A DNA stretch of 58,079 bases, filler included, from Sphacelaria rigidula (GCA_964200075.2; 4 parts of 4 records of this genome joined end to end with filler, not necessarily neighbours in it), one strand, 5' to 3'; positions 1 through 12,541 are shown, counted from the first letter of the whole stretch. Translations and numbers: made by a program. Notes: generated by a model from the sequence alone, not told the origin.

Positions 1-34
1 CTATGGCATGCATGATCATGAGTACACCCCCCCC
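1..34 (+). mobile_element. 3' stub of C-tailed LINE-related element (type A), cut by contig start
   Basis: CTATGGCATGCATGATCATGAGTACAC(C)n, the same 3' end as copies at 1732, 4804, 15625, 24891, 28577 and 28716. Confidence 0.75.
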
Positions 35-1112
35 TGTACAGTGTTGCACCCTGCACTGTATCACCCTGTGCAGGCTCGAATCCTGTACAGCTCTCTGCAC
101 AGCCACCCTGCACAGGGTTTGAATCGCCAGACGCGTGTATCGTGTTCTAGACTCGCGCACAAACCCGCGAGCCGTCCACAGCAGTACCCGAGACTGTCTG
201 TCTGACTCTTTCATGCAGACGAACTCGCGTGGAAACTTTCAGAGACTGCTCTGGCATTCTCTAGAAGGATATTCTGGGAAGATGCTGTCCGTACAAGAGC
301 GTCGTCAGGATCGGTATGAAAATGTAGTAAGGGCATAGATGCGAGAATTAGAAAGGTGTGCGGGAGGGCTTTGCGCGTGAACACGACATGTACACTCGAG
401 ACATGCCAGTGGTGAAAGAAGCAACCACAGCGACAGTACGACAAAGCTATGGAATAACATGAAACCACTTTCTAGTGCGACGGACCCCGGTTAGAATACC
501 GCGGGGTACGTCGCCCGTCGTTGGGGAAAGATACGGAACACGATAATATCAACAGGAAGCCCAATGCTTGACTCGGTAAATTTGGTCACAATTGCCCGTC
601 ATCCAACGACCCCACCATGGTACCATGGCACCTGGTATAATGGGATATCCGCTAGCAGCAACTCTCATGGCGCTGATGTTATCTGATATTCAGGAAACTG
701 CCATGACGCGGTGGATGGCTAGGGACGTTTCATATTATGGCAACCAAGATCCTGTGGAATCCTGGCTAGATTCTCCATCTATAAAAATACTAGGATACTG
801 ACCCACCCGGTGGCTTCGTGGAGGCACCAATACGTCCTGTACGTTTGTGGGGGCAGGGTCCTGTACCCGTCCTATGTTTGCTCGTAAAATGTACACATGG
901 TCCTGCCGTGCACCAGGAAGTTGCTTCCGTGGCGACATTCATCACCACAAGCCAGGAAACATTGCCGTGGTAACCGTACGTTTTCCGCGTCCTCCGTTCG
1001 TCGCTGCCGATCTTCCACTTCTGCATCACACGCCTTACGCTAATGGCCCCACCCCCTGAGATACCATTGCCGTGAATCGGTACGCTGTCACCACTTTTTA
1101 CGGTCTTTTCAG

Positions 1113-4100
1113 GAGAGAGAAAAGGAAATGTTCGCGGAGCAGGCAAGCCGGTTTGACTCAATCAACGAAGAGAACGCACACCTACGGAAACAGGTTGCTG
1201 AACTGGAGGGCCGTGTGAGTGAACGGAAGTTCCCATATATGTTGGCTTGAATTACCGACTCTCGAGGTTTATGTTTTTGCTGACGTCAGATGCAGACAAA
1301 ACGTCTCATCGACCGAGTTAAGCAAAATAAAGATCCCCCACAATTCGAATTATAGCCTGGTCCGGCGAAAACCCGGCTTGCTCAGTCCCGGCTTTGTAGG
1401 GCGGACCCCCTGTTCGGTTGGCGTCGGTGGGCAACGACGCGGTACAACACGCCACTCACGGCGTAAGCTAGGCAACTAGGTTACCGATTTGTTTTTGCGT
1501 GCTCGCGCTTTTTTGCGGTAACCATGATGGTAGTCGAGCTAGATCATGATGTGCGGCTTGGGAGAAGCTCAACTCCGCACAGCGGGGATGATCGTACCAC
1601 GTAATCTTTAAATGGTGAGACATCCATGGAAGTGACAATGCCAGAAAATGAAGACACCCATTGGAGCTGTCATCCAAATGCGAGATAGTCAGTAGGCTTC
1701 GGGCCGAACAATCTTAGCAGGATGCAGCTCACCCTTCATACAACTCGCCGAACACGCCACGGCGCTTCGCGCTTCGTGATTGAGTGCGAGCCTGGTCCGG
1801 CGAAACCCCGGCATGCTCCGTCCCGACTTTGTAGGGATGCGAGTCCAATGATCTTATGACTACGGCAGGCGTGATCGTAAGTAACGCCCCTCCCCCTCAC
1901 TATTTGAATCGGAAGGAAGCAGCAACACAGTAATTGTGAGTGATTCCTAAATGGTAAACAAATGTTGAGACACTCGTGATACCGTACGTGTAGGTATGGA
2001 TAAATACGTTTCGTTTATGGGCAATGTCCAGAGCTTGTATTTCCCAACCCACTCCAATCGTTTGAGTCGCGCTCTCCACTATTACTAGCTACATGTCCTT
2101 CTCGTATCCCCCCTATGACAACGTGTTTGCTGGTAGTTGGGACACCTTCAGTCCAAGCTGGTTCAAGCGGAGGCCGGGCGTGCTCTAACCACGACCTTGA
2201 TGGAAACGCTCAAGTCTGCTCAGAATGACCTCCGGAGAGCTCATGGGCAAGTGTCACAAAGGTACTAAACAGTACAGGGGCTGCTTCTTTCGGCGCGAAG
2301 AACGCGGTCGATATGTTCAACCGACGTCCCGTTTCTCCGGATGAGCAAAGTCTCGTTACCCACATTTAGCATATATAGTGGTCAATATTTCTGCGATCAA
2401 GGACTCAGCTCAGTGGCTGTTTGTCGTATTTTTCTCTCAAATCCTTGTTAGTACCAAGACTCGATCGTTGGTTCTGTGGACAATTGGGTGCTCCGAATAT
2501 CTTCGAACAAAGTGTGTCACCAAATCCAGTTGACAACGCGGGTTTTGAAGTTCTGACAACGAAAATGAAGCGCCAACCGAAGCGGAGCATGATTGCCTCT
2601 CAGCCCTCGTTCAAAACGACGAAACCGTATCCCTTCTCCACCAAGGCTTTAGTCCGATTTCCTGCAACTTTATGGCATGCCATTATTTATCAGAATTCCC
2701 CCCCCCTATCGATGTACAACACTTACTGGCCGTTTATGCAGGTGCGCAGAGCTGGAGAACGTTTCGGAAGATACGTGCGAAGCCATTAGACGCGGGGACA
2801 TCCTTTTGCATAATCAGCAAGTGAGTAATGCACAACCGCCCCACCTGAAGAGCACGCGTGGGGCGGTGAAGGTGTTCCTCCTTTCTCGTCAAGAACGTCT
2901 ATCCTTTGGGCTACCGTCCAAAATCGAGTGAATCGCGTGCGACGTGTTTTCGAGATTTATTCACTCCGGAACTGTGCGAATACTTCCCGTGCAATATTCT
3001 CACTCCACAACAAGCGGGCGAGAGACAATCACATCCTACTTCAGTACTAGGTAGGAAAACGCCATAAGCCAACCGTGGCTGTCTCAACAGCCCTCGCTGA
3101 TATCATCCGGTGCCCAAAATTGTCTACTTGACCTCGCCGAATGACTGCTGCAGCTCAAGGTCGACGCCCAGTCTCGCCAGCTGAAAAGGCAAGAAAGTGA
3201 TTTGGCTGCTCTGCGGGAGGAGAGAGAAGTTCAGCTGGTGAGTTGAAATCCTACCGGTGAACTCTTCGCTTCTGACGGAACGATCACAAGTGAGGCGGAT
3301 ACTCACCGCCGGATAGCTACCAATATATAGCTGAGAGAAGCCTAGATATTTATTGTGCTAGCTGTCAAGCTGTTTGACTGAAGTCCCATCCTTTCAGCGT
3401 TGTCTGGATTTTACATACTCAGTTCTCGAAGCTCGTAAAAATGGGAACCTGAGTCACTCATGGTGAGTGAGCGCAGGATTATTCGTGAGAAGTGCCAGTG
3501 AAAATACGCTCCGGTATTTGGAAAGCACTTTGAAGAACGTGGCAATTCAGCACATGGCCGGGGAATACCAGCAGGAATTCGCACGGTTGATTCCGTGACG
3601 ATGCATTTCTCTCACAGAGGATTCTGGCGAGTAGGCTTCGTTGCACGTATGCTTGAATGTGCAAAACAACGGGGTTCACCCATGTGTTTGCAAACCTCAC
3701 ATCAGATTGGACTCTGTGTTGTGTTTTTTTTCTTCATTTTTCTCATTTGTTTCTTTCTGTTTGTTCCGTCTGTTCACTTCGTTCTCTTTTTATTTCCTCT
3801 GGTGAGCGCTTCCGTTTTTTGCCTTGAGTTCATCCATCATATGGCTATGGCTGGGCCCTCCGTGGATCAGTTCGCGTTAGTCACGAGATGAAACGGGTGT
3901 CAAGCTACTTGCATAGATGGGGGTGCTATGTTGGTACCAAGTACCCTCGGATAGACTTTACAGTTGTGCAGCGATGCATCAGGGGGGCACCTTCGTGTGA
4001 GAACTTGCTCGACATACCCTCTCCCGAGCGCACGATCACGTCAACAAGCAGCAATGCACCAAGTCAACGGGTTCTTGTTTGCTCATAATATCAGGGTTAT

Positions 4101-6262
4101 GCTCGCCACGAGTGCCAGTATGTACTGGATCGGCTGCCTTCTGCTGGGGTAGCGGAAGTTGCAATCCAAGATGAAAGTACGGCAACAACACCATTCAAGC
4201 AATACCTGAAATAATCAGAATGAACAGAAAACCTGGAACAAGTGACATCTGTATATGTTCCTTGCTACTCAACACAAAATAGCCGAGTTTGGGGCGAGTC
4301 GTGCCTATCTACTCAGAAGTCGCATTCATACTTGCTGTCGTTCTGTAGACCAAAGCGGACAGAGCGGGGGCGGAGCTAGCTCAGGTGCTTCGAAGAGAAA
4401 AGGCAAGCCGATCGCATCTGACCGATATACAGAGGGAAGTGGAAGAGCTCAAGGCCGAGCTCGATAGCATGAAAGAGGCTTTCGTCAGGTAAGGAAAATA
4501 TATCATGGTGGGGTTGGTGGACGTTTGGGTCTCGGGGAAATACTGCATCGTCCCGTGCACAAATATACGCCTGAAACTTTCCGCGATAGTCCCCCCCCCC
4601 GAAAACAAATAAACTAAAATTGTCACGAAGAAGAGGGTCATACATCGCCTGATGTTTGGTTTCAGGCTGCATGAAGCGCCCCATATGGGCGACACTGGCA
4701 ACAATGAACCCAAGCGTGGGCATTCCTAGCTGCTCGTTGTGCTCGGCTTTCTGCATCCCGATTCACGTGTAGAGTTTGCCTCCCCAAACCAGCCTCTTTT
4801 TTCGGGGGGGGGGGTGTACTAATGATCATGCATGCCAAAGTCATAAGATCATTCACCTCGCATCCCTACAAAGCCGGGACGGAGCATGCCGGGTTTTCGC
4901 CGGACCAGGTTTTTTGGGGGGGGGGTATCGCAGAAAGTGTCGCTTGAGTGCAGCGTAGTCACATATAAACAGACCGAGTAGCATTTAAAGAGCACTGGAA
5001 TGTTTCCCCGATTTTTCATCAGTCGCAACTGCCGAAAGAGCTACCGATGCACGTGATGGGTGTTCAGAACTGGAGCAGTGAGATATGTTGGCTTAATAGT
5101 GCACATTGCGAGCTTTTGATCAACGCTATACTGCCGCGCTGACTCTTATTTTTGCAGGCACAGGAGTGTCGTCCGAAAGAATCAGGACGTGATCGATTCC
5201 CACGAGAAAGCCCTGCAAGGTGCAAGGCGAGTGTTGGGGTACACGTTGGCGTGAAACGATTTGCGGAGGGGACGGGAGAAATTCTAGTGTGCATGAGAGA
5301 GCTTACCGTCCTTTCGGATTGGAGCCTCGGGATGTTAGCCGACATTTTCGAATTGTGGTACACGATGACGCGGCATTCTCTCAATGGTCATAATATTGAA
5401 GACACGGATCCCGGGGGGCTCTATTGTTTCATACTTCGAAGCTACCGAGGACGAGGGTTCTCCCCAAATTTCGCCGATTCCGAAACCCATGCTTTACCGG
5501 CCTCTTGTGCAGAGAAGGCTGACGCTTGTCCACTTCTTTTGTCTTCATGATGATGAACGGCATTCTTGAACTCTGCAGGTCTGAGCTGCTGTCCCTTACC
5601 CTCGAGGCCGAAAAACAAAGCGCACGACACGGACAGGCTGCTGCAGATGCGGCTGCGGAACTCGCTAGGTACTTACGAGAAACTAAATGCCTACAGGATA
5701 CCTTTACTCATTGAAACGAAATTGCGTCGTAGTTTCAATTGCCGAGAATATACTGTAGTACACGGGTTGAACTTGATGGCATACATACCGGGGCGATATA
5801 AATGATTCTCGGAAGTAAAACATACGATGCTGCATGGGCCAATCGTCAACTTTTCGCGCTTTGTTTTGGTGCCAAGTTGCACATGTGTGCGCCCTGGAGT
5901 AATGCGAATATCTGATTTTCAATCTTCGAAGGAACAGTAGCCCAGAAGAATTCCACCGCAGGGCTTGTGCTAGTTTCCCGGGTTGAAGCATGAGCTCATT
6001 GCGTAGGTGAAGTTCGAGCGAACAGGTCTGGTTAGCTGGCTGACATACAGCATGCATTGAGCGATCAGCTTCACAGGCCTCACATATCGCGTTTTTGTAC
6101 ATAATATTTCCTGACTGACGGAGAACAACTATGTGGTGTGTGTATTCCGTCAACAGGGTGACCGCCGAGAAGGACATCGCCCTGGGAGACAACCGTGGCC
6201 TTCGGGTGGAGAACGAGGGACTCAAAGACCGCCTCGAAGAATCTGGCCGCAAGCTTGAAGAA
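1113..6262 (+). CDS. Internal 7 exons of an unknown coiled-coil protein (1113-1214, 2152-2261, 2742-2820, 3154-3237, 4349-4488, 5579-5668, 6157-6262); both ends unresolved
   Basis: All exons are bounded by AG/GT and intron phases are compatible (0,2,0,0,2,2). The joined peptide is E/K/R/Q/L-rich and heptad-like, e.g. EENAHLRKQVAELEGR, IQREVEELKAELDSMKE, LRVENEGLKDRLEESGRKLEE. Confidence 0.8.
1354..1410 (+). mobile_element. Fragment of type A C-tailed element
   Basis: AGCCTGGTCCGGCGAAAACCCGGCTTGCTCAGTCCCGGCTTTGTAGGG matches 1789-1836 and the reverse complement of part of 4804-4909. Confidence 0.65.
1732..1896 (+). mobile_element. Longer type A C-tailed element (intronic)
   Basis: Colinear with the reverse complement of 28716-28878 from CCCTTCAT..CTCGCCGAACAC to a degenerate C tail. 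Confidence 0.75.
4575..4939. mobile_element. MITE with G/C-run-containing TIRs and degenerate 8-bp TSD
   Basis: Left end AACTTTCCGCGATAGT(C)10GAAAA is the inverse of right end TTTTC(G)n..TATCGCAGAAAGTG. Flanks ACGCCTGA/TCGCTTGA match 6/8. A related uninterrupted end lies at ~14556-14601. Confidence 0.55.
4804..4909 (-). mobile_element. Type A C-tailed element inserted in the G-run of the MITE TIR
   Basis: (G)11TGTACTAATGATCATGCATGCC...CCGGACCAGG, flanked on both sides by a T-run plus G-run duplication. Confidence 0.8.
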
Positions 6263-7290
6263 GTGAGTGTTTTTGTCGCCCAGCCTGAGTGTTGTTGGTT
6301 AGTACGACAAGGTAGCGAGACACTAAGGTATATTTATTTGCGTTCTTTCCTGGCTATTGGGCTTCGTCAGTGCTTACGTTGGCTGGTGAGCGAGAGTAGT
6401 AGCCGCCTCGTGATACCTTGGGGTAATTTATTATGGCGCACACACTCATTACGAGTCAATTGCTTTTCGCTCGCGACACCATAGACCCATACCACCGAAG
6501 CACCAGCCGTACAGGATGGCCTCGGAGCACCACCCTTTCCCAGACGCTGTGAAACACGCCGACAACAAAGTCGACGACGCATCATATCGAGTGTTTCAGC
6601 GGTGTCCAAGCTACAAAGGCGAGCACCACGATCTCTGGCGATCCCTGCATTCTTTTACCACTGAAGTTGGCTCCCTTCGTGTTATTCACAGGAAGCGGCG
6701 GCAACAGCAGCTGCCGCGAAACTCAACAGTGGTACCCCATTCAAATCTTTCGACTCACAACGGTGTTCGGCTTCTACCACCCCAAGACTCGGAGCTAGCG
6801 CAACGTCATCCGCATCATGTGAAAGTTTTGCACAACAGGGAGACAGTCTATCAGGGCAAAAGGAGTACTTTCGCCACGATACGCACCGCTATTCAAGCAT
6901 CACCAACAACTCCACTGACTATGACCACTCGCTCCCGCAGCATCAACAGGATGTCAGCTTGGGCACTACACAGTCGTCGACTGCAACGCCTTTATACACC
7001 CATGCCACTGCCAACAACTCTCAGCAACAGCATCAGCAAGTGCAACAGAGTGATGTTCCGGCGTCGCCGGTACACACATCGCAACCGTGGTTTTCCGATT
7101 TGCGACCATGCAACGGCGGCGCGACTATCACCCCAACGGCCTCCAACACGCAGAATTCACAACGGGGCAAGAAGGGTGCTTCTGCCACCAACGGTGGTGT
7201 CGAAAGTGGTGGAGGCGACGCAGGAGCGGGCGATGCAGGCGGGGGAAGCGGTGTAGCAAACGCAGGTGGGAGAAAAAAGGGAAAAAATAT

Positions 7291-7447
7291 TGGGTATGGA
7301 TGTCCATCTGGTATGTCCATCCGGCATATCGATCCGGGATGTGTATATCCCACATAGATATTCTTATTCCAGATGCAACTCGATATTCGGAATATATCTG
7401 ATATCGCACATGGATACCCACATGAATGATCCCCCAAAAGAGGTTGT
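7291..7447. repeat. Repeat built from CATCYGGGAT/ATCCCRGATG motifs
   Basis: Similar in inverted orientation to ~10985-11052. Confidence 0.5.
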
Positions 7448-8752
7448 ACGCTTATGCAAGACTCTGGCGACAGATGGACTACATTGGACTGCCTCACAGT
7501 CAAGCCCCACGTAAGGTAAAGTACGATACTAGCTCGGCTATTTAAGCGCACAAAAAAGGATACAAATATCTCGCTCTTTGTACGAGATCGTCGACCCGGA
7601 AAGGGACAGTCTGTGAAAAAGCAATATTCTTGTTAGACAAGTGGGAGCGATTGCACTTCTCCGAAGTTATCATCAGCCAATTCTTGGCTGACTTGTGCCT
7701 TTCGGTCAAATGGTGTTGCTCACCCCTCTTCGAATCACTCTGCCGGAGGGTTTGGATCACCCTCTGGTACTGAAGAGATGATGCGCGAATGCGAAATCTG
7801 ATAAATGACAGGCAGCTGTAAGAAGCATGGTTCTTGATTAGCATGCGTGAATGATGAGCGTTGCAATACGAAACGTCGCTCGCTGGCTTAGGATTGGCTA
7901 GATCTATTTTGGTTACAAATACTATGTTGTCCGTGGCATATTCCGAAGGGGATTGCAGCAGAGGCCGAATTTCTCCTTGCCCCCACTTTGATTTCTTCTT
8001 GGGTGAGCATTTCACCGCTCTTGTTCAGTGCACCCGCAACGATGTACATAATCAGGGCGCAGGATTTGTTGGAACGGCGTTCAGGTCACTATCTCGGGAT
8101 GCGCTGCAGTTCTCATCCACAGGTAGTGGTATCGCGTGTCACGGCAGTAACAGATACTTTATAGTAGAGTACATTCTGTTGATCCGCTTGGACTGCGAGC
8201 GTTCCGCGAACGCTCTTCGACACGTCACACTTTCAATGTGGCTGCTAGAATATGCGTAGGTACTGTGCTAGATGGCTCGCGGCTTTACTCCTCTTTGTTT
8301 AGTATTAGGCGAACTGTGAGCACGGTGCCCTCTCTCTATCTCTCACTTGAAGCCGTACGTACCATATCTGGTCAATGGCACGAGTTGTGTCCGTTTTTAT
8401 CGGTCATCGCATCTGTGCTCGTACAATAGATACGCGCGGCTAAGAAAATTCGAACATATCCCCGCCCGTCTCTTGTGAAACTCCTCCAGGCGAAAGGTCC
8501 GCCAGCTTAGTCGATGCGATCACTTCAGATGCTACATCCAACCGCAAGAAGGAGGCGGGCAAGGGTCGAAAGGGCGGAAAGTCTGTCGAACGCAGGTCCA
8601 GGCCTTGTGGAGAAAGCAACCCCGCGATCGATGGGTCTGCTTCAGGCATGCCTGGCCGAAAGTCGAGGAAGCTTTCCGAAGGTCAAATAGTTTTTGGGGA
8701 AGGGCCGGCTCTCTGCCACGCGGATGTTTCAGGAATGTCCTGCAAAATCTAC

Positions 8753-9017
8753 CACACGTCGAACAGATCATGATCTGCCTGAAAAATCTAATCTAATGAA
8801 AAAAATGACTCTCTGGTTCGTTGGTCCGAAAATACAGAGTATGTGACCGCGGTTTCAGAAAAGCCAAAGCCCAACGTTTGCGCTAGTCGGCTTGCTCGGC
8901 GGGCGGCGCTGTAGGGAGAAAAGATGGAAAAGGGGGAGGTCAATTGATCCGGATGATCCGGATCAGCACATCGCGAGGAAGTAATTTTCAGATAGATCAT
9001 GATCTGTCCAACGTGTG
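8753..9017. mobile_element. MITE with ~33-bp TIRs and a perfect 8-bp TSD
   Basis: TIR CACACGTCGAACAGATCATGATCTGCCTGAAAA / TTTTCAGATAGATCATGATCTGTCCAACGTGTG; AAATCTAC at 8745-8752 and 9018-9025. Confidence 0.9.
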
Positions 9018-9821
9018 AAATCTACCCGTACGGTCGTTGCGTTGCGTCCAAGCAACCCCTAGGACCCCCTTAGCTGGCGGACGGCATATGCCACTTGCCG
9101 AAGAACAGGAGAGTGACGTAAACACACGCTTTTTCGTACATCTCTGCGCACCGTTATTGTAGGACATTGTTGAAAAGTACAGAGATCATTTCAATATGGT
9201 CTATTTTCAACGATATCTGTATTTCTGCCTTTAAGATGCAAACTATACGCCGCGCTCCAGAAGTTCGAGAAGCGCTTCGCAAGACCTGTTGGGGTGGAGT
9301 TGATGATTCGAATCCCAGCCCATGAGAGGTTTCTAGGAGTACCTGGCTTTCGCCGACGAGAACGTGAAGGCGTGATTAACGAAGATCTACGCAGCGCGGA
9401 GGTGCTGATCCTATCTGCGATGCCGAAATGTCAGGCGTGCACTTGGGGAGAGATGGTCTCATGAGACTGCAGACGGGTCCCGACGGACGGGGGCGACTTG
9501 AAGTATGGCGAAAAGAGGGAAACTGCGGAGGGATATGAGTTCGATAATCATGGTTCCTCTACCCACGAGCGCCACTAACTCTTGTGCATCATGATTTACT
9601 AGTAAGCGTTAACGGCATCAACTACACGTGACTTTTTCAGACGTTGCGGTTCGGAACAAACACACGCACAAACCACGTTGCAGAACTCGACATGGTCGGG
9701 CGTGCGCTTGTAATTCCTGGTTTGCCCCCCTTCCCTATACCCATGCAGGTGGTCGGGAATTCTTGCGTCGTGAAACTGGATCTGTGAGTAGGGGTGGACC
9801 GGACGAGGTGCGAAAGCTGTC

Positions 9822-9987
9822 GATTTGATTTGATTTGATTGATTCATGATTGTCGCACTTTAACTGACCCCCGAGGGATCCAGCCGTGGCCACATGATAG
9901 ACGAACCCGAGACAAAACAAAAATGAAACACGCTATGAAGAAAAAGAAGAAACGGAAGAGAGAGAACAGAACAGCATAGTAGATTAA
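9822..9987 (-). mobile_element. 5'-truncated RTE-type LINE 3' end with (AATC/AAATC)n tail
   Basis: Reverse complement GGCTGGATCCCTCGGGGGTCAGTTAAAGTGCGACAATC..(AATC)n matches the 3' end of the LINE at ~51750-51805. Confidence 0.75.
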
Positions 9988-10459
9988 GAGGTGAAAGCGC
10001 TGTTGTACCCATTTTCTTTTTTTTTCTTTACAGATACGAACGTGACAACCGTTTCTGAACGATGTGCAATAACTGTAACCGCGGAAACCAAAAACGAGGC
10101 ATGGATGAGAAGGTGGAAAGGGTACAGGAACTGTGCCTGGGAGCACCGAAGACGGCATGCTTAGCCGTGGGGCCACCAAAATCTCAGCCCTCTCATTTTT
10201 TATTCACTCTTTGTCGGGTGGAGTTGCACTACAATTTTGAAATTGAAAATTCAATACAGTTGAATAAATTTGTAGCTTTATGCATCTATCTTTTGATACA
10301 TTTAACGTTCTGTTGAACTGTTGCAGTCTCTTACTTACGACTCTGTCCTGCTGCACGTGGACGGGGTGGGGAAAGGGGAGGAAATGAGGGGTTTACCAGG
10401 AAGGTAATCACAACAGGTATAATACAAGGCCTTGGGTTGCGAGGTTCACGTTTATAGTG

Positions 10460-10596
10460 CACACCCTGGACAATAGATTCCATTGTCAAAACATGTACTG
10501 TGCACAGTATGAAATCCATTGTCTATTTCAATAGACGCAATAGTAGATAATGTACCCAGTGCACTTTTGACAATGAAATCTGTTGTCCAGGGTATG
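10460..10596. mobile_element. MITE with ~32-bp TIRs and degenerate 8-bp TSD
   Basis: CACACCCTGGACAATAGATTCCATTGTCAAAA / TTTTGACAATGAAATCTGTTGTCCAGGGTATG; flanks TTATAGTG/TTGTAGCG. Confidence 0.8.
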
Positions 10597-10900
10597 TTGT
10601 AGCGTCTTGTCTGGATTATGCCACTTGACTTTACTTTTACACGAACTGCACCTAGGCAGGTAAATTTCTGATACTTCTCCGTCTGCTAGAACGATACGGC
10701 CGTGTACGTAATTCGTTGGCGACGATGAATTCATTTCCAAAGGACTCACGGGACTTCATTCATTCCGTGATGTGAAGAACGCGACAGAAGTTGGACAACT
10801 GTACCAGTACCAGGACGTCAAAGCATAGTTGACCAAGAACCAGTGCATAGCCCGTATCCAACGCTGACTGTACCACAGTCTTGCGTTATCGTGCAACCTT

Positions 10901-11090
10901 CATCTGGGATTTCAAGCCCATCTGGGATGTCTGTCAGGGATATCAATCCAACTTGAAAGTTCATCTGTGGCGCGGACATCCCTCGAAATATTCATCTGGG
11001 ATACAGACATCCCAGATGAATCTCCTGGATGGACATCCCAACTGTATACCATATCCTTAGGTGAGGGTTGATATCCCCGATGGACGTTTG
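10901..11090. repeat. Second copy of the CATCTGGGAT-motif repeat
   Basis: Multiple CATCTGGGAT/ATCCCAGATG motifs; inverted similarity to ~7295-7362. Confidence 0.5.
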
Positions 11091-12283
11091 CGCGCTAATG
11101 CAAGACCCCTGGGCGTCAAGCCTTGTGCTTGCTTTCAAACACATAGAAGCAGCTGGGTGACAGAGTCGGAGCTCGAAAGAGTTGCGCACGTGCCGCAGTA
11201 CCTGCCTTGAGTACAACATACCGCAGACCTGTACACTACCCGTGTAGTACGGGTCCTACAGAGTCTAGATTCGCTATGTTTTTTTCCCCAATAATCAAAT
11301 CAAATGCATTTTCTATGCTTCACAACCCAGTACAGAGTTGGCGACATCACTACCCAAACAGCTCGCAGTGAGACAACTCCATTTACCATGGATGGCCGAG
11401 ATGCAAAAGCAGTAGCAGTGCATCAAATCCTCACGCGGCACACCATTACCGCAAATCAAAACGCTAGGGTGAAGACGAAACCAGCACAATAAGATGTTTC
11501 ATGCTGTCAGGCTAAGCGCTCATGCTTCGCCTTGAAGGGTGGCTGCTAGCATGACCCCTCCGCGTGTGAGGCGATTATAACCGTTAGGCAGTGCAGCATC
11601 AGTTCTGTAGGATCGCATCCCAGATGACAGAAATGACCATCGCGCTTGTATAATATTCGTATCTGCTGTTCCAGCTACTTCGAAGTGTCCATAGCCAGTG
11701 AGCTGTGGAGTTAGAACTGAGCCAAAGGTTTCAAAGAAGGTAGCTCATGGCATGTCATGTGGATTCAGGACAAAACGGCGGTAGTTTTGTACCTCATAGG
11801 GTCTGTTAACTCCATCGTGTGTTGATTTGTTCAGGTGCGACAAGCACGACACTAGTTCAGACGCAAGACTGGATTTGAATGCTGAAAAACTGACGTTGGA
11901 AGCTGACAAACCTTTGAGCCACGTCTTTTCATCACCTTAAACTTCAAATCCCGTGGTCCGGCGTCGGTTATTTGAAAGCATTTTGAAATCCTCTACGGAG
12001 CCATCCGCAACTCTTCCACATTGAGCGTTTTTCCCTCATCGGCAAGCGGTGTCTTAACATAGTTGCATCTCATGAGTTGTTTGCGGTGGAGGGGTTTTGT
12101 ACTCGTTGTACCACAGTTGAGTTAGTTTTGCACAGGACACCGGCGGGATAGTAGTTGCTCAAAGTCCCTTCAAGGCCCCAATTTGGCCACCCGTGCGTCA
12201 GACACTGAACGCCAGAAGCTCTCTAGCACCCCAGCGGTCAAGAAAGGCACGAACCCTCCGCAAGCAAGACATGTGGTCTCATC

Positions 12284-12541
12284 ATGAAGTTTCCTTTCGT
12301 GTTCGTTGCCGTCACCAACACTAACCCGAAAAAGAGCGAACCGGGCGCGAGCGGGGCTACAGCGTCGATATCGAGATCGACTCCGGAGACGTGCACGAGT
12401 TGTGGCGACAGCCCATACGGCTTGATGATCATCTGTAGAGGGTGTGCGACCCAGCATCACAGCTCGTGCGTCCCCGATGGCCAAAAGGTTGGCAAAGGTC
12501 TAGGGACTGTGTTTTACTGCTCTGCATGCAGCACAACGTAG
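12284..12541 (+). CDS. ORF or terminal exon ending in a PHD finger; gene context unresolved, possibly a relic
   Basis: CTSC-x10-CRGC-x4-HSSC-x16-CSAC followed by TT-stop fits the C4HC3 PHD pattern. The upstream sequence contains stops. Confidence 0.6.
   Translation: MKFPFVFVAVTNTNPKKSEPGASGATASISRSTPETCTSCGDSPYGLMIICRGCATQHHSSCVPDGQKVGKGLGTVFYCSACSTT

Noticed and set aside
7542-8015. TDN...CNAH spacing reminiscent of hAT/MULE transposase
   Set aside because: Only a few residues match; no other catalytic motifs or enclosing TIR/TSD could be verified.
9300-9800. Possible DIRS tyrosine-recombinase remnant
   Set aside because: No R-H-R-Y catalytic motifs could be read in any frame.
7291-11090. 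One 3.8-kb transposon bounded by CATCYGGGAT inverted repeats
   Set aside because: The left copy lacks the matching terminus and no TSD was found; two independent copies explain it equally well.
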